Source of the DNA: an uncultured Gemmatimonadales bacterium
GTDB taxonomy: Bacteria > Gemmatimonadota > Gemmatimonadetes > Longimicrobiales > RSA9
DNA: 64,000 nucleotides
Direction of reading: 5' to 3'
Assembly: GCA_963708135.1 (NCBI GenBank)
Contig: OY970192.1
Location: forward strand, 4,128,001 to 4,192,000
The position numbers and the translations under genes were made by a program. How positions within the stretch are numbered: the stretch's first letter is position 1; every line of letters starts with the position of its first letter. Below are positions 11,001 to 19,518 of this stretch, piece after piece. The notes beneath the pieces were generated by a model. The model made no database searches and was not told where the DNA came from. It saw only the letters and a program-made list of their open reading frames with translations.

Positions 11001-11451
11001 CGTCCCGGCAGTCCTGGAAGAGGATCCTGTACCTCGCCTCCAGCTCGCGCAGCGCCTCGCGGGCGCCGCGCCGCTCGAGTGCATCCCGGACGGCTCGCTC
11101 GATCAGCTCCACGGCCGCATGGTCGGTGCGGACGTAGTCGTCCGCGCCCCGCCGCAGCGCGGCGACCAGGGCGCCATCATCGGCGCCCCGGGCGAGCACC
11201 AGGATGGGCGTGTCCGGCGCAGCCGCGCGCAGCCGCGCGCAGCCCCGGTCGCCGCCCTCCTCGCCGAGAACGCTCACGTCCAGCAGGATCAGCGCGTACC
11301 GGCGCGCGGAGAGTGCCTTCAGCGCTGTTTCGACGGACGTCGCGCGAAAGCGCGGAGACGGGGCGCCGTCCGCGGCGAGCGCAGCATCCACCGTCGGATC
11401 GTGGACGCCCGGTGCCCGGATCAGCAGGATCTGGATCGGTTGGACTGCCAT
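8020..11451 (-). CDS. Hybrid sensor histidine kinase: degenerate N-terminal receiver, five PAS domains, HisKA/HATPase, C-terminal receiver
   Basis: H-box GGVAHDFNNLL, NARDAMP, DTGSGM, FFTTK, GTGLGL; C-terminal VAEDE...LLTD...LQKP. Confidence 0.92.
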   Translation of the reverse strand: MAVQPIQILLIRAPGVHDPTVDAALAADGAPSPRFRATSVETALKALSARRYALILLDVSVLGEEGGDRGCARLRAAAPDTPILVLARGADDGALVAALRRGADDYVRTDHAAVELIERAVRDALERRGAREALRELEARYRILFQDCRDAVYITSRDGGILEMNDAALELFSPEQIAGGAASLYVREEERARFQEAVERTGSVRDFPVELRKKDGSVMRCLLTSTLRRGADGGVLGYQGIIRDVTERDRTEEALRESEARYRMVLEQASDGIFLTDPAGRFRAANRRGAEMLGLGRDEVSGRTLGDVVAPESLEQAPLDLPSIGVEAVVVERPLVRKDGTRFPAEIGATRLATGELQFIVRDVTERKRAETALRRSEQYFRSLIENASDLVSILDEDGTVQYSSPAMERMLGWDPASRKGRPAFDVVHPEDLPRVGEAFRTILASPGAAVTVELRARGADGAYRILEVTSTNLLHDPVVHGIVLNSRDVSERREAEKRLRESEERFAALFMSSRDAIFFSDEEGRVLEANDAAYELLGYSRADAAPVRTPDLYVDPEARQLFQAAIAGPGFVRDMEVELRRKDGETVHCLLTATAVRRDGRLAGYQGILHDITERKRMEAALRQSEEYFRSLIDNTSDMITVSDAEGRLRYVGPAIERVLEVPASAWIGANFREFVHPDDREHAAASFRRVMEEPGRKLTVVARYRHGDGGWRTMEVVRHNLLHVPSVAGVVSHGRDISERLEAEAALRSSEEQLRQAQKMEAVGQLAGGVAHDFNNLLTAIQGHADLVRETLPEDSPVQPDLQEVVKAAERAASLTRQLLAFSRRQVLQPRVLDPHHVVAEMERMLGRLIGEQIRLVTEGVDAGRVRADRSQLEQVLLNLAVNARDAMPTGGVLRIRTEAVEVDAAEAARLAPPIAPGPYVRLQVSDTGSGMSEEVQRRAFEPFFTTKEQGKGTGLGLSTVYGIVKQSDGVIDVDSVPGRGSTFTIWLPRVEEAAAPTDASGPATRPRGGETVLVAEDEPAVRALVRKLMERDGYQVLVADDGVTALRIADGHEGPIHLLLTDIIMPHVGGRELAQRLRPHRPEMRVLYMSGYTDEASRQDPIEAEAGFLQKPFTPEGLTLAVRAALGRPAAPDAVRAPPG

Positions 11452-11643
11452 TGAGGGTGTGCCGCCGCTCGGCGCCGCCGCGCGAGTACGGGTGCTGTTG
11501 GGATCGATGAGTGCCGCGGGCGTCCGGGGTCGGTCAGCGGAGTGATTCGATTCCCAAGATCGCACCGCCCGCACCGGCAGGCAAGCGTTCGGCGCCGCGG
11601 TTCCTCCCGCTGCGCGCCCTGCCCTCCTTTCGCGGCGGCCGGG

Positions 11644-12489
11644 CTACTCCAGCGCGGGCATGCCCGGGTTGGCAGCCGCGGCGGCCTCGGCGGCCGCCTG
11701 TGCCGCGCGGCCGTAGTACTTCTCGGCGAACTCGCGGGCGCCCGTCGTGCGCGCGTACAGCACGCGCGCCAGCCGCACGATCGAGAGGGCGCGGATGTAG
11801 ATCCAGCCGATGTCGAACTCCCACCAGTGCGCCTTGAACTTGGCGGAGCGCGGGTCCGCGTGGTGGTTGTTGTGGAGCTCCTCGCCCACGATCCAGAAGC
11901 CGAACGGGTAGATGTTGTGGCTCTCGTCGCGCGTGTCGAAGTTGCGGTAGCCGAGCGCGTGGCCGATACCGTTGATGATGTTGCCCATGATCGGCACCCA
12001 GACCGCCGTTCCCGTCCACGCGAGTGCCCCGACCAGGGGGCCGAAGAGCAGGATGTCGAGCCCGAGAAGGAGCACGAGCCCGGTGAAGGGGTGTGCCGAG
12101 TAGACGTGCCTCTCGATCCGGTCGTCCGGACAGTCCTTGCCGTACTTCTCGATCATCGCATGGTCGGCCGTGGCCTTCCTGTAGAAGAAGACCCCGCCGA
12201 GCACGATGGCCCAGAACCCCTCCTCCGCCGGCGAGTGCGGATCGCCCGGGCGGTCCGCGAAGGCATGGTGCTTCCGGTGCACCGCCACCCACTCGCGCGT
12301 CTTCATCCCGGTCGTCAGCCAGAGCCACGCCCGCATGGCGTGCGCGACGATGGGGTGGAAGACGACCCCCTGGTGCGTCATGGAGCGGTGCAGGTAGAGC
12401 GTCACGCATACGTTCGTCAGGTGCCCGACCACCGCCACGTACAGGACGGGCAGCCACCAGGTGTGCGCGAGGGAGCCGAGCAGGGGCAT
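11644..12489 (-). CDS. Fatty acid (delta-9 type) desaturase
   Basis: His boxes HRSMTH, HRKHH, HNNHH; GGAGG RBS. Confidence 0.9.
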   Translation of the reverse strand: MPLLGSLAHTWWLPVLYVAVVGHLTNVCVTLYLHRSMTHQGVVFHPIVAHAMRAWLWLTTGMKTREWVAVHRKHHAFADRPGDPHSPAEEGFWAIVLGGVFFYRKATADHAMIEKYGKDCPDDRIERHVYSAHPFTGLVLLLGLDILLFGPLVGALAWTGTAVWVPIMGNIINGIGHALGYRNFDTRDESHNIYPFGFWIVGEELHNNHHADPRSAKFKAHWWEFDIGWIYIRALSIVRLARVLYARTTGAREFAEKYYGRAAQAAAEAAAAANPGMPALE

Positions 12490-12615
12490 GCGGGTGTCCT
12501 CCTGTTGAACAACGACGGCCCGGCGCGACTCCGCGCACGGGCCTTTGACTCTGAAGTATCGCGGCGCCGCGCAGGGCCCGCAACCCGCGCACCCGAACCG
12601 ACGAACGCGCGCCTT

Positions 12616-13374
12616 CTAGCGGCCGCCAGCCACGCTCACCACCTCGCCCGTGATCCAGCCGGCATAATCGGAGGCCAGAAACAGGACCGCGTGGGCAATG
12701 TCCGCCGGACTGCCGAGCCGCCGCAGCGCGATCCGCTCCACCAGCGCGCGCTGGCCCTCCGGCCCGTAGGATTCCCACTGCCGCTCGGTGGTCGGGTTCG
12801 AGCGGACGAACCCCGGGGCGACACTGTTGACCGTGATCCCGAACGGCCCGAGCTCGTGCGCGAGCTGCCGGGTGAGCCCGATCTGCGCCGCCTTGGCCGC
12901 CGCGTACGCCTGGATCCCGGTGAGGCTCACCCCTAGACCGGCGCCGCTCGAGACGTTCACGATGCGGCCGTAGCCCGCCCGCTTCATGCCCCGCGCCACC
13001 GCCTGCGAGAGGTGGAAGGAGCCCGTGACGTTGACGTCGAAGATCGCCTGCCACTCCGCGGACACGACGTCCTCCAGCGGGCGACCGACCTGCCCCAGCA
13101 CCCCGCCCGCGTCGTTCACCAGCACGTCCACGGGACCCGCCTCCGCTTCCGCTTCAGCGACGAGCGCGCCCACCGCCTCGCGGTCCGTCACGTCCGCCAC
13201 CCGGGCGCGGCACGCTGCACCGCACAGCGCCCGGGTCTCCTCGAGCTCGTCGGCGAGGATGTCGCATGCCCAGACGCGCGCGCCCAGCGCCGCGAGCTGC
13301 CGCGCGATCTCCCGGCCGAAGCCGTGCGCCGCCCCCGTCACGATCGCGCTGCGCCCGTCGAAGCGGACGTTCAT
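12616..13374 (-). CDS. SDR family oxidoreductase
   Basis: TGAAHGFG, YAAAK, VNSVAPG; start overlaps the upstream stop codon. Confidence 0.9.
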   Translation of the reverse strand: MNVRFDGRSAIVTGAAHGFGREIARQLAALGARVWACDILADELEETRALCGAACRARVADVTDREAVGALVAEAEAEAGPVDVLVNDAGGVLGQVGRPLEDVVSAEWQAIFDVNVTGSFHLSQAVARGMKRAGYGRIVNVSSGAGLGVSLTGIQAYAAAKAAQIGLTRQLAHELGPFGITVNSVAPGFVRSNPTTERQWESYGPEGQRALVERIALRRLGSPADIAHAVLFLASDYAGWITGEVVSVAGGR

Positions 13375-14408
13375 GGCCGCGCCTCCTCCACTTCGAGATG
13401 CCGGCGCAAAACCTCTACCGTGGCCACCGCCTGCGGCCGCGAGCCGGCCTCGACCTCGTGGATCAGCGCCACCAGCCGCGCGTTCAGCGGCGTCGGCACG
13501 CCGGCGCTCGCGCCCCGCGCCACGACGGGCCCGAGCTGCGCGTCCACCTCGGTGCTGCGGTGGCGCACGGCCAGATCGCGCCAGATCCCGCTGTGCGTCT
13601 TGGCGGAGCCGCGGTTGTGCCGCACCAGGCCGTCCAGCGACCGCTCCGCCGCGTCCGGCGGTGCCTCCGCCGCGAAGGCGGCCGGCTCGAAGCCGTCGAA
13701 GGACTCGAGGCGAACTCCCTCGGCCACGGCGACCGCCAGCACCTCGCGGGCGAGGGCGGTGTAGAGCGCGCGGTGCTCGGGGCGCGCCAGCGCGTCGGCG
13801 ATCCCCTCGTCGCTCAGCGCCGTGCAGAAGAGCATCGATGCATAGGCCAGCTTGCTCCACAGGTAGCCCTGGACGTTCTGGCTGAGCAGGGCGCGCGGCT
13901 CGAGGGCCCGGAACAGCGCATGGATCCGCCGCGCCCGTGCCGTCAGTCCCCCATCGACCTCGCCTACCACGACCGTGCCCCGGCCGCCGTGGTGGATCAC
14001 CCCCGGCTCGAGGTAGTCCGCGCCGAAGTTGACGAAGCAGCCGAAGGTCCGCTCCGGCCCGACCACCTCCGCGATGACCGGCTCGTTGAGCCCGTTCTGC
14101 ACGGAGACGACGACGCCGTCCGCCGCGAGATGCGGCGCGATCTGGCGCGCGGCCGCGGAGGTGTGGTGCGCTTTCACGCACAGCAGCACGGTCCCGAGCG
14201 GCCCTTCCACCTCGCCCGGGAGCGCCGCGGCCGCGGGCACCGTGTACGCCTCGACGGGACCCGTGATGCGCAGCCCCCGCTCCCGCATCGCCGCCACGTG
14301 CTCCGGCACCGAGTCGACGAACAGCACGTCGTGGCCGGCGCGGACGAGGGCCGCGCCGAGCGTGCCGCCGATCGCGCCCGCGCCCCAGACGACGAGCTGC
14401 GCGCTCAT
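13371..14408 (-). CDS. Ketopantoate reductase (PanE/ApbA) family protein
   Basis: GAGAIG, LCVKA, QNGL, LWSKL, TEVD motifs. Confidence 0.85.
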   Translation of the reverse strand: MSAQLVVWGAGAIGGTLGAALVRAGHDVLFVDSVPEHVAAMRERGLRITGPVEAYTVPAAAALPGEVEGPLGTVLLCVKAHHTSAAARQIAPHLAADGVVVSVQNGLNEPVIAEVVGPERTFGCFVNFGADYLEPGVIHHGGRGTVVVGEVDGGLTARARRIHALFRALEPRALLSQNVQGYLWSKLAYASMLFCTALSDEGIADALARPEHRALYTALAREVLAVAVAEGVRLESFDGFEPAAFAAEAPPDAAERSLDGLVRHNRGSAKTHSGIWRDLAVRHRSTEVDAQLGPVVARGASAGVPTPLNARLVALIHEVEAGSRPQAVATVEVLRRHLEVEEARP

Positions 14409-15106
14409 GCCCACGGCCCCTCGATCACCCGCCGCGTCTCGGCCACGGCGGTCTCCCAGAGGGCCAGCATCTCCTCGTCGCTGCGCTGGTAGACGCCCGC
14501 GAAGTTGCCGTCCCCGAGGTAGTCTCGGACCTCGGCCGGCGTCATGAGCGCCATGCGCTCGCGCTCGATCGGGGCCTTGCCGACCGCCGGCATCTCGACG
14601 CCGGTCAGCCTCGTCCACGGGAAGTTCTCCATCCAGGAAGCGTGCGAGGCCACGGGATCGATCGCCTGCACCTTCGCCCAGGTCTCGGGCGCGTTCCACC
14701 AGTTGTGCACCTTCACCCGGACGCCCGGACGGTCTGCCATCCACTCCACCGCCCGCGCGGCGCCCGGCGCGTTGCCGCCGTGGCCGTTCACGAGCACGAT
14801 GCGGCGGAACCCGGCGCCCGCCAGACTGTCGAGGATGTCCGCGATGATCCGGACGTAGGTCTCCACCCGCAGCGCGACCGTGCCGGGGTAGCCCAGGAAG
14901 TACGGCGAGATCCCGAACGGTAGGACGGGGAACACCGGGACGCCGAGCGGCTCGGCCGCCTCCACCGCGACCCGCTCCGGCAGGATGCTGTCCACGAGCA
15001 GGCTCAGATAGCCGTGCTGCTCGGTGCTTCCCAGCGGCACGACCGCGCGGTCGTCGCCCTCGAGGTACGCCTCGACCCCCATCCAGCTCATGTCCCGGAT
15101 CCTCAC
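14405..15106 (-). CDS. Creatininase family amidohydrolase
   Basis: GSTEQHG, NGHGGN, SHASWME. Confidence 0.88.
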   Translation of the reverse strand: MRIRDMSWMGVEAYLEGDDRAVVPLGSTEQHGYLSLLVDSILPERVAVEAAEPLGVPVFPVLPFGISPYFLGYPGTVALRVETYVRIIADILDSLAGAGFRRIVLVNGHGGNAPGAARAVEWMADRPGVRVKVHNWWNAPETWAKVQAIDPVASHASWMENFPWTRLTGVEMPAVGKAPIERERMALMTPAEVRDYLGDGNFAGVYQRSDEEMLALWETAVAETRRVIEGPWA

Positions 15107-16467
15107 GGCTCGCCTCCCAGCAGCATGTAAAGCCGGCTCATGACGCGCATCCCCTTCTGCAGGTGATCGATCGGGAACCACTCGTTTGGCGCGTGCATGT
15201 TCGCCCCCGGCAGCGCGAGGCCGAGCACCGCCACCGGCGCGCCCAGCGCGTCGCGCAGCTCGGGCGCGATCGGCAGCGTGCCGCCATGGGCGACGAGGAC
15301 CGGCGCCACGCCGAAGACCTCCTCGAGCGCACGCCCGGCGGCACGGAACAGCGGCGCGTCGGGATCCTCCCTCCACGGCCGGTTCCCCTGGAGCGTTCTG
15401 AGAGCGACGCTCACGCCCTCCGGCTTCACCCGCTCAATGTGTGCCCCGAGCAGCGCGCCGATCCGCTCCGGCTCCTGTTCCGGCACCAGCCGGCAGCTGA
15501 GCTTGGCCACGGCTCTCGCCGGCAGCACCGTCTTCTTGCCCGGGCCGGTGTAGCCGGAAACCAGCCCGTTGACGTCCAGGGTCGGCCGGATCCACAGGCG
15601 CTCCGGCGTGCTGTAGCCGGCCTCTCCCACCAGCGCGGCGCCCCCGGCCGTGGCGCGGAATGCGGACTCATCGAAACCCAGCGCCGCCCACCCCTCGCGC
15701 ACCCCGGCGGGCGGGGGGGCCACGTGGTCGTAGAAGCCCTCGATCGCCACGTGTCCCGGGGCGTCGTGGAGTGAGGCGATGATCGCCGCGAGGGCGTTGG
15801 CCGGGTTCGGCACGGCGCCGCCGTACTGTCCCGAGTGCAGGTCGATGGTGCCGATCCGCACCTCCAGCTCGAAGTAGGCGATGCCGCGCATCCCGAAGAT
15901 CAGCGAGGGCCGGCCGGGCGCGAACATCATTGAATCCGCGATCAGCGCGTGATCCGCGCCGAGCAGCGCGGCATGGCGATGGACGTACGGCACCAGGTTC
16001 GGCGAGCCGATCTCCTCCTCGCCCTCGAGGAGCAGGATCAGATTGAGCGGCACCGCTCCCGTCGCCAGCGCGGCCTCGGCCGCCGCGACCTGCACCAGAA
16101 CCTGCGTCTTGTCGTCGGCCGCGCCCCGGCCGAGCAGCCGTCCATCCCGCACCTCCGGCTCGAAGGGGGACGTGTGCCACTCCGCCAGCGGGTCCGCCGG
16201 CTGCACGTCGTAATGGCCGTAGACGAGGAGCGTTGGAGCGTCAGGTCCGGCGAGGTGCCGGGCCAGCACGAGCGGGTGGCCGCCGGTTTCCTCGACCGAC
16301 GCGCTCAGCCCCGCGCGGGCCGCCCGCGCCGCCAGCCATTCCGCGGTCCGTCGGACCTCGCCTGCGCAGCCGGGGTCGGTGCTGATGCTGCGCAGCCGCA
16401 GGAGCTCGAGCAGCTCCTGGCGGAAGCGTGGCAGCTCCCTCGCGATATAGGCATCGGCGTCGGTCAT
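15103..16467 (-). CDS. M20/M25/M40 family dipeptidase
   Basis: YGHYDVQP, GRGAADDK, EGEEEIGS, DLHSG, HAPNE. Confidence 0.9.
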   Translation of the reverse strand: MTDADAYIARELPRFRQELLELLRLRSISTDPGCAGEVRRTAEWLAARAARAGLSASVEETGGHPLVLARHLAGPDAPTLLVYGHYDVQPADPLAEWHTSPFEPEVRDGRLLGRGAADDKTQVLVQVAAAEAALATGAVPLNLILLLEGEEEIGSPNLVPYVHRHAALLGADHALIADSMMFAPGRPSLIFGMRGIAYFELEVRIGTIDLHSGQYGGAVPNPANALAAIIASLHDAPGHVAIEGFYDHVAPPPAGVREGWAALGFDESAFRATAGGAALVGEAGYSTPERLWIRPTLDVNGLVSGYTGPGKKTVLPARAVAKLSCRLVPEQEPERIGALLGAHIERVKPEGVSVALRTLQGNRPWREDPDAPLFRAAGRALEEVFGVAPVLVAHGGTLPIAPELRDALGAPVAVLGLALPGANMHAPNEWFPIDHLQKGMRVMSRLYMLLGGEP

Positions 16468-16590
16468 GGCCGCGGGCTCGGCGGATCCGGGATCGGACGG
16501 GATAGCGCGGCTAAAGCTCGGCCTTCGGGCGCACCGCCGCAAGCGAGCGGTCCGGCTTGACGCTCCGGAGCCGCTGCGCTATTCCACAGC

Positions 16591-16887
16591 ATGAGCCGTC
16601 GCCTTCTCACCACCCGTCGGCGTATCCCGCTCGACCGCCTGGAGGAGTACCTGGCCGACTGGCGCGAGGTGCGCCGCGCCGTGCGCGCCGCGGGCGGACA
16701 CGCCTGGCTGTTCCGCGGCGAGGAGCGCGAGGATCGCTTTCTCGAGTTCGTCGAGTCGGATGTGTCTATCGAGCTGGCTGCGGAGCCGCGGGTGGCCGAG
16801 GCGCGCGAGACGCTGGAGGACGGGTTCGGCCAGGAGTGGAGCGACGTGTGGACCGAGGCCCCGGAGGGAGCCGACGATGGAGAATGA
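16591..16887 (+). CDS. Hypothetical protein, probably leaderless and coupled to pyrE
   Basis: Coding-like composition; TTGACG-17-TATTCC directly upstream of ATG; overlaps pyrE start. Confidence 0.65.
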   Translation: MSRRLLTTRRRIPLDRLEEYLADWREVRRAVRAAGGHAWLFRGEEREDRFLEFVESDVSIELAAEPRVAEARETLEDGFGQEWSDVWTEAPEGADDGE

Positions 16888-17455
16888 GCGCGCTCGACTG
16901 CTGCGCCTCCTGATCGATCGATCGCTGCGCCGGGGCAGCTTCGTCCTGGCGAGTGGCGCGCACTCGGACTACTACATCGACGCGCGCCGAACGACGATGG
17001 CGGGACTCGGACAGTTGCTGATCGGGATCCTCGGCCTCGAGGCGATCGATGCGCAGGGCTGGGCGCCCGCGGCCGTCGGCGGGCTCACGCTCGGCGCCGA
17101 CCCCGTCGCCTACGCGATCGCGCACGCCGCCGCGCGCGCCGGCCGCACGCTCGATGCCTTCACCGTCCGGAAGCAGCCGAAGGGGCACGGCGCCGGGCGG
17201 CTGATCGAGGGGGCCTTCGAGCCGGGGATGCCGGTCGTCGCCATCGAGGACACGGTCACGACGGGCGAGAGCGCCCTCCGCGCGGTGGCCGCCGTCGAGG
17301 CGGCGCGCGGATCCGTCGCGGGAGTGCTGGCCGTCGTGGACCGCGAGGGTGGTGGACGGGAGCGGATCGAGGCGGCCGGCTACCCGCTGCATGCGCTGTT
17401 CACCTCGGCCGAGCTGCTTGCCGCCCCGGCCACCGGGGGTTCGAGCCCCGGCTGA
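16877..17455 (+). CDS. pyrE: Orotate phosphoribosyltransferase
   Basis: FVLASG..SDYYID, VRKQPKGHG, PRPP-binding IEDTVTTGES. Confidence 0.93.
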   Translation: MENERARLLRLLIDRSLRRGSFVLASGAHSDYYIDARRTTMAGLGQLLIGILGLEAIDAQGWAPAAVGGLTLGADPVAYAIAHAAARAGRTLDAFTVRKQPKGHGAGRLIEGAFEPGMPVVAIEDTVTTGESALRAVAAVEAARGSVAGVLAVVDREGGGRERIEAAGYPLHALFTSAELLAAPATGGSSPG

Positions 17456-17459
17456 GAGG

Positions 17460-18051
17460 CTAGGGCGCGCTGGTGGGTCCCGGCCAGATCAGCTCCCGAT
17501 CGATCTGGCGCGTCAGCGGCAGCAGCTCCTCCTGTGCCGCTTCCAGCCGCCCCTCGTAGACCCGCTTCCGCTCCGGGTCCATGTGGGCGCGAAAGTACTC
17601 GCTCGTCATGACCGGCCCGGGTCTTCCCTCCACCACTCCGACGACCTCCCCCAGAAAGAAGGTGGCCGCGCCGGTGTCCATGGCGTTGACGACGCGGCAG
17701 TCGAAGCCGGCCACGCAGTCCGCGAGGAGAGGGCAGCCGGTCTCGGAAGTCACGACGTCGATCCCGGCCAGCTTGTCCACGTCGCGACCGCTCTGCAGCC
17801 CCAGGTGCCAGATCAGCTCCCACTGGTCGGCCCGGAGCAGGTGTGCGCCGAAGACGCCGCTACCCCAGATGAGGTCGTGCGTCAGGTTCGTCTTGGACAC
17901 GTACATCGAGACCCGAGGGATCGACGGAACGAGCGAGGCGCGCTGGGCGCTGTTCACGATCATGCCGTTCGTCCGCCCCCCCGCCGAGCTCGTGATGGCG
18001 ACGACGGGCAGTGTCAGGTTGCGGAGCATTCTGATAGAGCGGATCCAGCAC
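17460..18051 (-). CDS. Flavin reductase family protein; likely GTG start at 18051 with an apparent extra base near 18030 (alternative in-frame ATG at 18029)
   Basis: PVVAITS, SGRDVDK, GCPLL, FFLGEVV; upstream GTG CTG GAT CCG CTC TAT CAG with RBS lies one base out of frame. Confidence 0.8.
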
Positions 18052-18113
18052 GGTCCCTTCCTTCCCTGGTCTCGTCCCGGCTGGCGACGCCGGATCGGGC
18101 GGCGATGATGCCT

Positions 18114-19226
18114 CTAGTCGAGCAGCCGGAGCGGCATGACGAGGCACAGGTAGTCGGGCGCCGCCCCGCCCTCCCCCACCGGCACCACCGTCGCCGCCCG
18201 CTCCGGCGCCTTGAAGCCCATCTTCACTTCATCCGTCGGCATGTAGCGGAGCACCTCGAGCAGGTAGCTGGCATTGAAGCCGATGTCGAGAGGCTCGCCC
18301 TCGTACTGCACCTCGATCTCCTCCTGGGCTTCGCCCAGGTCCGGAGTCTCGACCGCGAAGCGGAGCACACCGTTGTTGAAGGAGAGCCGAACCCGGTGCG
18401 TCTGCTCGCTCGCCACCACGGCCATGCGGCGCAGCGCCTGCGAGAGCACTCCCTTGTCCACGACCGCGAACCGGTCGTTGTCCTTCGGGATCACCCCCTC
18501 GTAGTTCGGATACGGGCCCTCGATGAGGCGGGTGAAGACGCGCGTGCCGCCGCGGCGGAAGCCGAGGTGGTTCTCGCTCCGCGCCACCTCGATCTCCTCC
18601 TCATCGCCGAACAGCCGGTCCACCTGGGCCAGCGCCTTGGGCGGCACGATCAGCTCGGCCTTCGGCGCGCCGGGCGTCGTGAGCTCGACCGACATGAGCG
18701 CCAGGCGGTGCCCGTTCGTGGCCGCCATGCGCATGTCCTTGTCCCCCAGCTGCCAGTAGACGCCATTCAGGATCGGCCGGCTCTCCTCGGTCGACACCGC
18801 GAACGAAGTCTGCCGGATCAGGTTGCCGAGCGTGCCGCCGGGAATCCTCCAGCGCTCCGAGAAATCCACCGCCGGGAAGGTCGGAAACTCGTCCTTCGGC
18901 ATGCCGTTGAGCTTGAAGCTCGCACGGCCGCAGCTCAACTCGAACCGGTCCCCCCGGGTAGAGATCTTGACCGGGTTCTCCGGCAGCTCGCGGGCGAGCT
19001 CCTGGAGCTTCTTGGCGGGCACCGTCAGGGCGCCCTCCTCCTGCACCTCGGCCGGAACCTCGAGGCCGACCGCGATGTCCAGGTCGGTCCCGCTCATCCG
19101 GACCCCCTCGCCATTGGCCTCGATGAGGATGTTGGAGAGGACGGGCAGGGTGGTCCGCGTCGGGATGCTCGCGCCCACCGAGGCCAGGCCCTGCTGCAGG
19201 TTGTCTCGTGTGATCGTGAATTTCAT
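18114..19226 (-). CDS. dnaN: DNA polymerase III beta sliding clamp
   Basis: TLPVLSNILI, ATNGHRLA, RLIEGPYPNY, LVMPLRL; directly downstream of dnaA. Confidence 0.97.
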   Translation of the reverse strand: MKFTITRDNLQQGLASVGASIPTRTTLPVLSNILIEANGEGVRMSGTDLDIAVGLEVPAEVQEEGALTVPAKKLQELARELPENPVKISTRGDRFELSCGRASFKLNGMPKDEFPTFPAVDFSERWRIPGGTLGNLIRQTSFAVSTEESRPILNGVYWQLGDKDMRMAATNGHRLALMSVELTTPGAPKAELIVPPKALAQVDRLFGDEEEIEVARSENHLGFRRGGTRVFTRLIEGPYPNYEGVIPKDNDRFAVVDKGVLSQALRRMAVVASEQTHRVRLSFNNGVLRFAVETPDLGEAQEEIEVQYEGEPLDIGFNASYLLEVLRYMPTDEVKMGFKAPERAATVVPVGEGGAAPDYLCLVMPLRLLD

Positions 19227-19254
19227 GGACCCCTCACGCTCCGGTTCCCGGCCA

Positions 19255-19500
19255 GGACTTCTGCACACCCAAGGGAGAAGACTTCAATGGTAAATCTATT
19301 TCCCGTAGTAGTAATAGGCGGTGTGGACTCGTGGATATCCCGATCGGCCGTCCCGGAGCGCTTCTCCCCCACCGCATCGCGCGGCGGGAGGCGATGTGGA
19401 TTCGAGGTGGACGGCGCCACCACTTCCCGCCGGATACCCACATTCCGGGGCCCGCTGTGGAAAGCGGCCCCGTCGTCCACACTCCCTCCACGGGGATATC
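19255..19500. other. oriC: Chromosomal replication origin (oriC): AT-rich unwinding region, DnaA-trios and degenerate DnaA boxes
   Basis: dnaA-dnaN intergenic; TAGTAGTAATAG 19306-19317, then GCGG, then TGTGGACTC/CGTGGATAT; further TGTGGATTC, TGTGGAAAG and TCGTCCACA boxes; GC skew appears to invert here. Confidence 0.88.
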
Positions 19501-19518
19501 CAGCGCTCGCCGGACCCA

